DNA of 64,000 nucleotides from an uncultured Chloroflexia bacterium (GTDB lineage Bacteria; Chloroflexota; Anaerolineae; B4-G1; SLSP01). The stretch is from contig CAVVUS010000030.1 of NCBI GenBank assembly GCA_963751345.1, positions 160,001-224,000 of the forward strand, written 5' to 3'. Shown piece after piece: positions 1-9,760 of the stretch. The position numbers were made by a program, and so were the translations under genes. Numbering within the stretch: position 1 is the first letter of the stretch; each line of letters begins with the position of its first letter. The notes under the pieces were generated by a model that did no database searches, was not told the origin of the DNA, and saw only the letters and a list, made by a program, of their open reading frames with translations.

Positions 1-2
1 CG

Positions 3-728
3 CACTCGTGGGTCGGTGACCTCGTCATCTCCCTCGAACAGGTCTCAACAGGGAAGACGATCACCCTTTTCGATCGCCCGGGGCTGCCCCCAGACACGTT
101 TGGGTGCAGCGGGAGCAACCTGGCGGTAACGTTCGATGACGAAGCCGCCCTTGCCGCAGAAGACAGCTGTCAGAATGCGACACCGGCTTACCCACTGGAC
201 AGCTCACTTCGGCCTAATGAACCGTTGAGCGGCTTTGTGGATTCGGCCTTGGCGGGAGAATGGCAGTTGCACGTCGTCGACCTCGCCTCCTCAGACGTGG
301 GCAGCTTGGACGGATGGTGCCTGATTCCGGTTGCGCAGCCGGTCCCCTTTGCGGCGTTCACCAGCGCGACCTACACCGCCACGACGGCGCCGACGGTTGT
401 CCCGATATCGGTGACGCTTAGCCATCCCACGGCCCTCACAGTGACCGTCGACTATGCCACGGTTGATCGTAATGGCATCGCAGGCGCCGGCTATGTAGCC
501 ACCCACGGGACTTTGACCTTTCCCCCCGGAACCCTAGAGCGGCAATTCGGGGTCCCGATCACCAGGCTACCCTTGACGACCACCCAGGCGATCACGCTTT
601 CGCTCAGTAATCCCGAACATGCCGCACTCGGGCAGCCCAACCTCGCCTCACTGAAGCTATGGGGGTTCCCCTATCGCCTCTATCTTCCCGTTTACTACGT
701 CAGCATAGACTGGTCAACCGGCCCTTAG
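3..728 (+). CDS. 5'-partial secreted protein: proprotein-convertase P-domain + Calx-beta-like domain
   Basis: Frame from base 3 reads HSWVGDLVISL...GEWQLHVVD..SDVGSLDGWCL (P-domain), then VTVDYAT..G.A...Y....GTLTFPPG (Calx-beta), and has YRLYLP near the C-terminus. Confidence 0.75.
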   Translation, partial: HSWVGDLVISLEQVSTGKTITLFDRPGLPPDTFGCSGSNLAVTFDDEAALAAEDSCQNATPAYPLDSSLRPNEPLSGFVDSALAGEWQLHVVDLASSDVGSLDGWCLIPVAQPVPFAAFTSATYTATTAPTVVPISVTLSHPTALTVTVDYATVDRNGIAGAGYVATHGTLTFPPGTLERQFGVPITRLPLTTTQAITLSLSNPEHAALGQPNLASLKLWGFPYRLYLPVYYVSIDWSTGP

Positions 729-870
729 CCGAGATCGCCCCCAGCATCACGACTCGATCCAACCCGCGCGTCCTTGGCCTCCAGCCTTTCCGATCACGAA
801 AGTATTCCAACACAGGGCCAGTGCGCCTCGGATTTACGGCATCCGAGCGGCGCTGCAGGTCACCAGATCT

Positions 871-898
871 TTGACAGACACACCAATCCCGGTACAAT
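871..898 (+). promoter_or_regulatory. sigma70-type promoter upstream of xdhD-like gene
   Basis: TTGACA (871-876), 16 nt spacer, TACAAT (893-898); GAGGAG RBS before ATG 939. Confidence 0.65.
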
Positions 899-938
899 GA
901 CATGAATTGGCCGGTTTGAGTATCGTGTTCGAGGAGCT

Positions 939-3900
939 ATGGAGATCACGCCGACAGTCACCTGTCGCATCGTTCTGAACGGCGAACGTCGTCAATTCGA
1001 CGTTATGCCCCGTGATACATTGTTCCGCCTGCTGCGACGCGAGGGACTCCGCAGTGTGAAGTTCGGCAGCGAGGATGGTGCAGACGGTTACAGCACGGTG
1101 CTTGTGAACGGCCGCCTCTGCAACAGTGTGGTGACGCTTGCAGCCCAGGTGGACGGTGCGGAGATCCTCACCCTCGAAGGGCTGGCACAGCAGCCACGGC
1201 CCGGTTGGAATCGTGACCGCACTTGGCATCCACTGCAGCAGGCCTTCATAGAGACGGGGGCCATCCAGAGCGGCTACGATACGCCCGCCCTGATCCTCGC
1301 AGGCAAAGCACTCCTGGATCGCGTCCCCAATCCCACCGAAGCGCAAGTCCGTGATGCAATCAGCGGTATTGTCTCACGCGAGACGGGGTACGCGAAGCCT
1401 GTCGAGGCCATCCTGAGAGCCGGTGCGATCCTGAGAGGCGAGATTCCCGGTCCGATCGGCGGGAGTTCCGGTGCGGACCTGTTCCAAATACCGGAAGAGC
1501 TATTGGCCTCGCCGCCGGCCTCCCTATTGGATGATGGACAGGCCCCCTTCGAAACGGGAGGCGCTGCTCAGCCCGGCGTCCAGACCCGTGTACGGACCCA
1601 GCCGAAAGTCTTCGTGACCGCCGAATCACAGCGCTTCTCCGTGGTGGGACAGCCGTTGCCCAAAGTCGACGCGCCGAAACTGGCCGAGGGTCAACCGGCC
1701 TTTGTGGCCGATTTTGAGCGTCGGGGCATGCTCGTACGGGCGCATTCTTCACAGCCCCCACGCCCACGCCCGCATCCGGGCTATCGATACCCGTGAGGCC
1801 GAGAACCTGCCCGGGGTCCATGCAGTCCTGACCTACAGGAATGTACCGCGCGTCGTCTTCTCCACCGCGGGGCAATCCTACCCGATTCCCGGCCCATTGG
1901 ACTACGTCAGCTTTGACAACAAAGTCCGATACGTTGGCGACCGCGTCGCCGCCGTGGCTGCAGAGAGTCCGGAGATTGCCGAAGAGGCCCTCGGCCTGAT
2001 TCGGGTGACCTACGAAGTCCTGCCGGCGGTGCTTGACTTCGACGAGGCGATGCGCGAGGGTGCCCCGGTGATCCACGATCAGGACGATTACGTCAATTTC
2101 GGGGAGAGCGACCCCGCGCACAACCTGGTCGCCAGGGTCGACATCAACATCGGTGACGTCGACGCATCCTGCGAGGACGAAGACTGCAACGTCTTCGAGA
2201 CGACCATCGAGACCCAAAAGATGAAGCACGTGCCGCCCGAGCCCTGGGTGACCCTGACGTACTGGGACGAGGACAACCGGCTCGTGATCATGACATCGAC
2301 ACAGGTGCCATTCCACGTACGCCGGATTCTCGCGCCCGTCCTCGGGCTGTCGGAGCGCCAGATTCGTGTGATCAAGCCCCGGATCGGCGCCGGCTTCGGC
2401 AACAAACAGGAGATCTACGAGGATATTCCCGCCCACCTGACCATCGCGACCGGACGCCCGGTGCTGCTGGAATTGAGCCGTGAGGAGCAGTTTATCTACA
2501 CGACCACGCGGCATCCTATGCGCGTGACCTACAAGATCGCGGTCGAGAAGGACGGCACGATCGTGGCGCAGGATATGCACGTGCTCAGCGATACGGGCGC
2601 CTATGGCGGTCACGGGCTGACCGTGCTAGGCAACACCGGCCACAAGACACTCCCCCTGTACGACACGCCCAACGTCCGCTTCCGGGGCGAGACGTACTAC
2701 ACGAATCGTCCGCGGGCGGGTGCCTTCCGCGGCTACGGCGTCACGCAGGGCGTCGTGGCCACCGAGACACTGATCACGCGCGTGGCCCACGACCTTGGCA
2801 TCGATCCGCTGGAATTCCGCCTCAACAACATCATCGCGCCCCACACCGAGAACATCATGAGCAAGACCTGGAGTGAGGGTCGGGAGGCGCGAGGCGAGAT
2901 CATTGAAACCAATGCCCTGCGGGAGGCGGCTGTGCAGGGCGCGGCTGCAGTAGGATGGTATCAGAAGTTTGGCAGTCCCGATTGGCACATTGTGAAGGGC
3001 AGCCCCCACTTGCGGCGTGGCATCGGGGTCGCCTTCTTGATGCAAGGCTCCGGCATCCCGAATCTCGACATGGCCGCGGCCAGCATCAAGATGAACGACG
3101 ACGGTTCCTTCAACCTGATGATGGGGGCCACCGATCTCGGAACAGGATCCGATACGGTGCTGGGCCAGATCGCGGCCGAGGTGCTGGGATGTGGGTTGGA
3201 CAGCCTGATCATCCGCTCTTCGGACACGGACGTCACCCCATTCGACAAGGGAGCTTACGCTTCCAGCACAACCTATATCAGTGGCGGGGCCGTCGCACGC
3301 GCTGCAGAGGAGGTCGCACAGCAGATTCGCGCGGTCGCCGCCGAGATGACGGGGAGCGACCCGGCGTCTTTCACACTTCGGGAGGGGCACGCGTGGGGCG
3401 AAGACGGCTCGAGTCTCAGCTTTCGGGAGATCGCGCTCTTTGCCCTGCACACCCAGAACCAACACCAGATTATGGGACATGCGTCGTTTGTGAGTCCGGT
3501 CAGCCCACCGCCATTTGCGGCCCAGTTCGCAGAGGTAACCGTCGATCTGGAAACCGGGCAAACCACAGTCGACGAGCTGCTGATTGCGCTGGACTCAGGT
3601 CAGATCATCAATCCGTTAACGGCCAGCGGGCAAGCCGAGGGGGGCATGCACCAGGCACTTGGGTATGCGTTGACGGAGGAACTGATCTACGACGAGCAAG
3701 GCCGAACGGTTAACCCTCGATTTGACGACTATCGCGTCTTCCGGGCAGACGAAACGCCACCTATGCGAACCATCTTCGTCGAGACGTTCGAGCCATCCCA
3801 TCCTGTGGGGGTCAAGTCGGTGGCCGAGATCGTCGTCAATGGCGTCGCGCCGGCCGTCGTCAACGCCATCTATGATGCCACCGGCATTATGATGCGCCGG

Positions 3901-3966
3901 ACGCCGGTGACGCCCGAGCGATTGTGGCAAGCGATCAGAGCCCAGGCGCCGGTGGAGGTGGATTAA
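939..3966 (+). CDS. Xanthine dehydrogenase family molybdopterin protein with fused degenerate 2Fe-2S domain (XdhD/YgfN-like); frameshift near 1730 joins ORFs 939..1796 and 1702..3966
   Basis: VGQPLPKVDA..LAEG, SPHAHARI, KVRYVGD, GAGFGNK, AFRGYG, ASSTT, GVKSVAE motifs; N-terminal Fe-S-like domain with QSGYDTP and SRETGY. Confidence 0.85.
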
Positions 3967-4055
3967 GTAGAGGGCTGACATCCAGGATACCGCCGGCGGC
4001 GCGACATCAGAGCGCCGCTTTTCATTAGAGGGAAGGAAGAGGAAGGAAGAGAGCT

Positions 4056-5936
4056 ATGGATTGGGAAAGATATCATCTACCTGTAGAAGCTGCCCGCATT
4101 GTGAAGGCTTGTCCCAGCCTGACGATTGCGAGCACGATGGACGAGTTGATCAACCTGGCGTGCGGCGGGCTGGGCAGCAACCACTTCGAGGTTGCCTACG
4201 ATGTGCCCGAACTCGGCGAGACGGTTGAGGCTATCGTGGCCCGGGTGCGCAACGGCGTCTCGGTTAACTACCCTGAGCCGTATATGCGACGGCGTGATCC
4301 CGACTGCCTGGTCGTGGCCGACGACGGTCCGACCGACAAGTCCACCTATTGGGAGCGCTATGGGGAAGATTTCGGCGGCGTGCGAGAAGCCACGTTCGCG
4401 TGGTTGGCTGCGCGCCCCCTGGTTATGTTCGGATATGTCGCCGGACAGCCCGGTATGGGCATGGACTCCGTGGCCATCGCGCCCGCGAATGCGGGGTTCT
4501 TTGCCCTGAGCTTGGCCCTGTTACAAGGCATCATTCCCGAGGATGATATCCCCGAGAATTTCATGCCGCGGTCCATCATCTACGTCGCTCCGCCCTTCCG
4601 CCATACTCACTATGACGGCAGGCAAGTTGTTGTCCATAACCGGCTGCCCGAGATCCACGAGGTCTTCTCCTACAACCTCTATCCCGGACCCAGTGCCAAG
4701 AAGGGCGTATATGGAATGCTGCTGGCACAGGGAGAGCGGGAGGGCTGGGTGACGACCCACTGCGCCACCGTCAGGGTCGTGACCCCGTACGACAACGTGA
4801 CCACGATGATGCACGAGGCTGCCAGCGGCGGCGGCAAGAGCGAGCTGCTGGAGCACGCCCACCGGGAGGACGATGGTCGTCTGATGCTGGGCGAAAACAT
4901 GCTCACCGGGGAGCAGCGCTTCCTGGAGATCCCACGGTCCTGCGAGCTCCAACCCGTGACGGATGATATGGCGCTCTGCCACCCCTCCCTGCAATCGGAC
5001 TCGGGTAAGCTCACGGTCACCGATGCCGAGGAGGCCTGGTTTCTCCGCGTGAACCACATTGACCATTACGGCACGGACGTACACCTGGAGCGCCTGACGG
5101 CGGAGCCGCCCGTGCCCCTGCTCTTTATGAACCTCTATGCGGTGCCCGGCAGCCGCGCCTTGATCTGGGAGCATATCGAGGACGAGCCAGGCAAGCCATG
5201 TCCCAATCCGCGGGTGGTTATCCCCAGACGGATCGTGCCGGATGTGGTGAATGAGCCCGTTCAGGTCGACATCCGGAGCTATGGCGTGCGGACGCCCCCG
5301 TGCACCGAGGAGCACCCCACCTATGGCATTATCGGGCTTTTCCATCTCCTGCCACCGGCCCTGGCCTGGCTGTGGCGGCTCGCGGCACCACGCGGTCACG
5401 ACAACCCCAGCATTATCGATACCAAGGGGATGAGCAGCGAAGGTGTTGGGTCCTACTGGCCTTTCGCCACGGGCCTGCGAGTGGATCAGGCGAACCTGCT
5501 GCTGGCTCAGTTCCGCGACAACCCCAATACTCGCTATGTCCTCTGTCCCAACCAATACATCGGCGTTTGGCGGGTGGGCTTTATGGCCGAATGGATTATG
5601 CGCGAATACCTGGCGCGCCGCGGAAGCGCTAAGTTCAAGGCAGATCAGATACGACCGGCACGGACACCGCTGCTGGGTTACGCCCTGCATCAGCTCCAGA
5701 TCGAGGGCCGGTTTGTCTCGCGATGGTTTCTCCAGGTCAACACTCAACCCGAGGTCGGCAACGGCGGTTACGATGAAGGGGCTCGGATTCTCTACGACTT
5801 CTTCCGCCAAGAACTGGGCCTCTTCATGACAGAGGGGCTCGATCCACTCGGCCGCCAGATTATCGAGTGTTGCCTCGACAACGGGTCGGTTCGCGACTAC
5901 TCACAGCTCATCCCCCAAGTTGACTTCGTGGATTAG
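4056..5936 (+). CDS. DUF4914 family protein (PEP-carboxykinase-like P-loop)
   Basis: 626 aa; NYPEPYMRRRDP, YNLYPGPSAKKG, HEAASGGGKSE P-loop, SSEGVGSYWPF. Confidence 0.75.
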   Translation: MDWERYHLPVEAARIVKACPSLTIASTMDELINLACGGLGSNHFEVAYDVPELGETVEAIVARVRNGVSVNYPEPYMRRRDPDCLVVADDGPTDKSTYWERYGEDFGGVREATFAWLAARPLVMFGYVAGQPGMGMDSVAIAPANAGFFALSLALLQGIIPEDDIPENFMPRSIIYVAPPFRHTHYDGRQVVVHNRLPEIHEVFSYNLYPGPSAKKGVYGMLLAQGEREGWVTTHCATVRVVTPYDNVTTMMHEAASGGGKSELLEHAHREDDGRLMLGENMLTGEQRFLEIPRSCELQPVTDDMALCHPSLQSDSGKLTVTDAEEAWFLRVNHIDHYGTDVHLERLTAEPPVPLLFMNLYAVPGSRALIWEHIEDEPGKPCPNPRVVIPRRIVPDVVNEPVQVDIRSYGVRTPPCTEEHPTYGIIGLFHLLPPALAWLWRLAAPRGHDNPSIIDTKGMSSEGVGSYWPFATGLRVDQANLLLAQFRDNPNTRYVLCPNQYIGVWRVGFMAEWIMREYLARRGSAKFKADQIRPARTPLLGYALHQLQIEGRFVSRWFLQVNTQPEVGNGGYDEGARILYDFFRQELGLFMTEGLDPLGRQIIECCLDNGSVRDYSQLIPQVDFVD

Positions 5937-5949
5937 TCGAGGTTATACT
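5920..5949 (+). promoter_or_regulatory. Putative sigma70 promoter overlapping the DUF4914 stop
   Basis: TTGACT (5920-5925), 18 nt, TATACT (5944-5949); AAGGAGG RBS before 5990. Confidence 0.5.
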
Positions 5950-5989
5950 GAATTCACCTGAAAAAGATACAGCGATAAGGAGGATCAAA

Positions 5990-6310
5990 ATGATCGACCG
6001 AGCACGTCAAATTACCAAGATGATGGGATACGACAGTATCGACGAAACCCTGGCTGCCATCGGGAGTGGAGAGCTGGTCCTGCTCAAGCTCCCGGAGCAG
6101 GAGCGGCTGCAGGCCTCCCAGTGGTTGAGGGCACGGATCCCTGCGGTCCGCAGCGAAGACGAAATCCTGGCGGAGATTCTCGATGACGTCGCGGACGGCC
6201 TGGATATGGCCATGGAGCTGACACGCTATCCTGTCGACACAGATGTCTGCGAGATGAATCTACCCCACGGATGGCCAAGCTATTGCGACAAAGAGGCCAT
6301 CGTCGAGTGA
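5990..6310 (+). CDS. Hypothetical protein, 106 aa
   Basis: Strong RBS; N-terminal MGYDSIDETLAAIGSGEL segment. Confidence 0.7.
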   Translation: MIDRARQITKMMGYDSIDETLAAIGSGELVLLKLPEQERLQASQWLRARIPAVRSEDEILAEILDDVADGLDMAMELTRYPVDTDVCEMNLPHGWPSYCDKEAIVE

Positions 6311-6337
6311 AAGGGCTTGTCCCAGGGAGGCTTCCGT

Positions 6338-6640
6338 ATGGAATTGCCTGAGCAGAATATACGTGTGGTCGCCGCTGATCCCATCGAGGTGGGGGATCGG
6401 CGGATTTTGCCTTCGGTATTGGTCAACACGATGTCTCGCCGGTGGAGCGGGCGGGGGCTATTCCAGTCTGTACGCCTGCGACCCGTCTCTGTCGTCGTGG
6501 AGACGCCAGATGGTGCCACCTGGCACGAAATCCCCAACACGACGGCCAACACCCTGAGCACGATGGCGGCGGCAGCGGCGAGCATCGCGCTCATCAGTGT
6601 GGTACTCATCGGCGTAAGCCGAGTTCTCAGGCGCAAGTGA
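6338..6640 (+). CDS. Divergent GerW/YtfJ-like small membrane protein
   Basis: GGAGG RBS; ADPIEVGDRRILP...RPVSVVVETPDG pattern plus C-terminal TM helix. Confidence 0.6.
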   Translation: MELPEQNIRVVAADPIEVGDRRILPSVLVNTMSRRWSGRGLFQSVRLRPVSVVVETPDGATWHEIPNTTANTLSTMAAAAASIALISVVLIGVSRVLRRK

Positions 6641-6655
6641 AAGGAAGGGACTGAC

Positions 6656-7150
6656 ATGGAAGGATTGCAGGCCATCATCGAGCGGCTGGAGAAGCTGCCG
6701 GAAGAGGTCAATGTCAACGCTGTCTTCGGCAAGCCGGAGACGATTGAAGGACGCGTATTGATTCCCGTAGCCGAGGTGACCTACGGCTTTGGCATCGGGG
6801 CCGGCTCTGCGCCTGGCGCGGAGTGTCAATGCGAATGCGAAGGAGAGGACGAGGGCGATGCCTGCTGCGCAGATGGCGAATGCGCGTGTGGGGACGACGA
6901 TGCGGGCGATGAATGTTGCGCGGATGGCGAATGTGCCTGCGGCGAGGACCATGGCCGCACTGCCTCCGGCGCCGGTGGCGGCGCCGGAGCCAAGGCCCGC
7001 CCGATTGCATACATTGAGGTTGGTCCTGAGGGAGCCCGCGTCCAGCCAATCATCGATGAACAGAAGGTGGCCCTGGCAGGCATTCTTCTCGGTGCGTGGG
7101 CGGTCGGCTGGGTAGGGCTGGTTCTCAAGACACTCTTCACGCGGCGTTAG
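6656..7150 (+). CDS. GerW/YtfJ family protein with Cys-rich insertion
   Basis: VFGKPETIEGRVLIPVAEVTYGFGIG...GAGGGAG..ARPIAYIEV; C-terminal TM. Confidence 0.8.
   Translation: MEGLQAIIERLEKLPEEVNVNAVFGKPETIEGRVLIPVAEVTYGFGIGAGSAPGAECQCECEGEDEGDACCADGECACGDDDAGDECCADGECACGEDHGRTASGAGGGAGAKARPIAYIEVGPEGARVQPIIDEQKVALAGILLGAWAVGWVGLVLKTLFTRR
6853..6949 (+). repeat. Imperfect tandem duplication, 51-bp period, encoding GDxCCADGECACG
   Basis: gggcgatgcctgctgcgcagatggcgaatgcgcg... and gggcgatgaatgttgcgcggatggcgaatgtgcc... Confidence 0.85.
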
Positions 7151-7160
7151 CCGGAACCGA

Positions 7161-7958
7161 ATGCCGCTGCAGCGAGTCGAACACGCCGAGGTGGGGGTTA
7201 CGTGGTACCGCTTCGGCGAGCCCGAATCCGGCGCTCATGCAGGCTTCCGGCACGCGATGGTGACCCGTCTCGGCGGCACAAGTGGGCATCCCTTCAACAG
7301 CTTGAACCTCGGTAGTAGCGTAGGGGATGACGACGATGCGGTTCGCTCGAACCACGAGCGGCTATTTCGTGCGATGGGCCTCTCCGAGGGACAGGTCGTC
7401 AGCCCGCACCAGGTCCACGGTCGACGCGTCGCTGTCGTCGGTCTGGGAGACGGTGGGAGCGTCATCCCCGAGACAGACGCACTCGTCACAGACCAACCGG
7501 GCCTCGCGCTGCTGCTACGATTTGCGGATTGTGTGCCGGTACTCTTCTATGACCCGGTCCATCATATCGCAGCCCTAGCTCACGCCGGCTGGCGGGGCGT
7601 CGCGGCGAAGGTTGTCGCCGCCACCGTCTCCACTATGACCGACAGCTTTGGCTCGATGCCCCAAGACCTTTGGGCAGGCATTGGTCCCGCCATCGGGCTT
7701 GACCACTATGCGGTGGGCGAAGAGGTCGTGACCGCGGTACAACCAACGGTTCCGGCGGAGATGCAGATAGCAACGCAGACGCACGGGCAGTGGTACGTGG
7801 ATCTCGCCGGGGCGGTTTACGGACAGTTGGCCGGGCTGGGGATTATGCGCGTCGATCAGGCAGCTATCTGCACAGCTTGCCACACCACCGAATGGTATTC
7901 TCATCGTGCGGAAGCGGGCAAGACAGGGCGGTTTGGTGTGCTGGCGATGCTGACGTGA
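7161..7958 (+). CDS. pgeF: PgeF/YfiH (LACC1-like) purine nucleoside phosphorylase
   Basis: TRLGGTS..PFNSLNLG, QVHG, DALVT, ADCVPV, HAGWRG, GPAI, YSHR. Confidence 0.9.
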   Translation: MPLQRVEHAEVGVTWYRFGEPESGAHAGFRHAMVTRLGGTSGHPFNSLNLGSSVGDDDDAVRSNHERLFRAMGLSEGQVVSPHQVHGRRVAVVGLGDGGSVIPETDALVTDQPGLALLLRFADCVPVLFYDPVHHIAALAHAGWRGVAAKVVAATVSTMTDSFGSMPQDLWAGIGPAIGLDHYAVGEEVVTAVQPTVPAEMQIATQTHGQWYVDLAGAVYGQLAGLGIMRVDQAAICTACHTTEWYSHRAEAGKTGRFGVLAMLT

Positions 7959-7988
7959 CCCGGCAAGTATCGGACCTACAACGACATA

Positions 7989-8026
7989 TAAAGACGGTGC
8001 CCAGGGTTGCCTGGGCACCGTCTTTA
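7989..8026. terminator. Bidirectional hairpin between convergent genes
   Basis: taaagacggtgcccagg-gttg-cctgggcaccgtcttta, 17-bp stem. Confidence 0.8.
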
Positions 8027-8043
8027 GGTCTCAACGAGACCCT

Positions 8044-9725
8044 CTATGGGGCCAGACCGTCTATTTGGAACGTGAACCCCAGGATGTTGAGCAGGACCGA
8101 CGTTGCCTCCTCCGGCGCGGTGAACTGCAGTTCGAAGTCCTGATAGCCATCTGCAGCCACTGTCCACGGCAGAAGTGGCGACGCAGCCGCCAGGCTGCTT
8201 GTGCCATCGCTCGACGTGAGGTCGACCAGGTCGGCAGCCACCGCCAGATCCGACTTCCCATCGTTATACACGGTTCCGGAGACGACCAGGACATTCCGGC
8301 CCCGGTCGAGAAACACGTCGGTGAGCTCGACATCCGGCACCGCGGGACCCGGCGCCGGCGGCTTGAAACCGGTGACGAATCTTGCCGAATCGCTGGACGC
8401 GGGGTCGGCCCTGAAGATCCAAACGAGCGGCACCGCGACCGTGCGTGGGATCACATAGCCGGCGCTCCCCTGCGCGGTGGCGCCAGGCGCCAGGCTGAGG
8501 TTGAGCCGACCGTGCTGTCCAAGCTCAGTCGCCGCCTCGTTTAGCACGTATCGCTGCCCATCGCCGTCCTCAAGGACCATATCGAAAAACCCGGCGTCCA
8601 CGGGTGAACCGGTTGTGTTCATCACCTGATACTCGACCACGAAATACCACGAAGCCGGATCGGTCGTCGCGTCCGGCAGTATGTCCGCGCTATCAATCTG
8701 GACGTTAAGCCCATCCGCGCTCTGCTCGGCTGCCGGCAACGTGTCCTCAGGCAGATAACGTGCCTGCACCACCAGCCGGTTGGGGCGATCGTTACCCAGG
8801 ATCAAGAGCGTGATCTCGGGCTTGCCCTGCGCCATGGGCGAGAGATCGGCAGCGTCCACCCGCTTCGTCTGCGGCGACCCGAACGCCAGGGTCGTGCCAT
8901 TCTCCAGCGTGAGCGTGATGCGATCACCACTGGTGAGACCCGCCAATAACGATTCGGTATCCGTCGTATAGGGCAGCCCAATGACGTAGTTGATCAGTGT
9001 GCCGTAGATCCAGAGCCCCAGATTATCCTGCTCCGCCGGCAGTGGCCACCGTCCCTGCTCCGGCAAAACAGCCGTGACCGGGTATCGCGTGCCGGATATA
9101 TCCAAGGCCGTAGGCGCGATGGTCCGCAGCGGCGTATTGTCCTCGAGAATGACCGTCCGGTCCTGTGGGATCTCGGGAGGAGAAATGAAGGTCATAAGCT
9201 TGGTCACACCTACAGACTCGGCCCCGCCTGTGGCGACGATTGCGCTGGAGAGAAAGTGCCGCACCGACGGCAACGCTCACAATAACGCAGCCGCCGATGA
9301 TAATGAGCAAGATCGCCCAGGTAGGGGGAGAGATTCTGCGACGCTCCGAAATGGCTCTCCGGCGCAGGGGGCTGGGTTTCCGGGCGCAGCTCACCGGTCT
9401 GAACATCGCGCCACACCGGTTCCGGCGCCATAGTAGGGGGGGCAGGAGGCTCAGGAGGCTGTTGTGACATGCTTGCCGGTTCCACCGGTTCATCCTCCGC
9501 TGTTCCAGCCGTGAAGTAGTCGTAGGCCCGCCGCTTCTCAGCGTTGGCCAGGATATCGTATGCCTCGTTGACTTCCTTGAAATGTTCTTCAGCATCGGGA
9601 TCGATGCTGAGATCAGGGTGGTAGACGCGCGCCAGCCGTCGATAGGCCAGTCGGATCTCCTCCAACGATGCCTGCGACGACACACCCAGGATAGCGTAAT
9701 AGTCCTTGACGGTCTTCTGGGTCAT
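8044..9725 (-). CDS. DnaJ domain + TM helix + sortase-like domain + DUF4352-like domains; about two frameshifts (near 9370 and 9230)
   Basis: DYYAILGV...YHPD...[11 protein letters not shown] (J domain); [24 protein letters not shown] in a third frame; [13 protein letters not shown]...[23 protein letters not shown] (DUF4352-like). Confidence 0.65.
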
Positions 9726-9760
9726 AGATGACGCCTCGGGCGGTATCGGTTCAGACGCGA

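Noticed and set aside
939-1430. Selenocysteine recoding explaining the missing Cys
   Set aside because: The positions are Ser/Asp/Glu sense codons, not TGA
4029-4052. GGAAGGAAGA tandem repeat
   Set aside because: Two copies only, within the purine-rich RBS region
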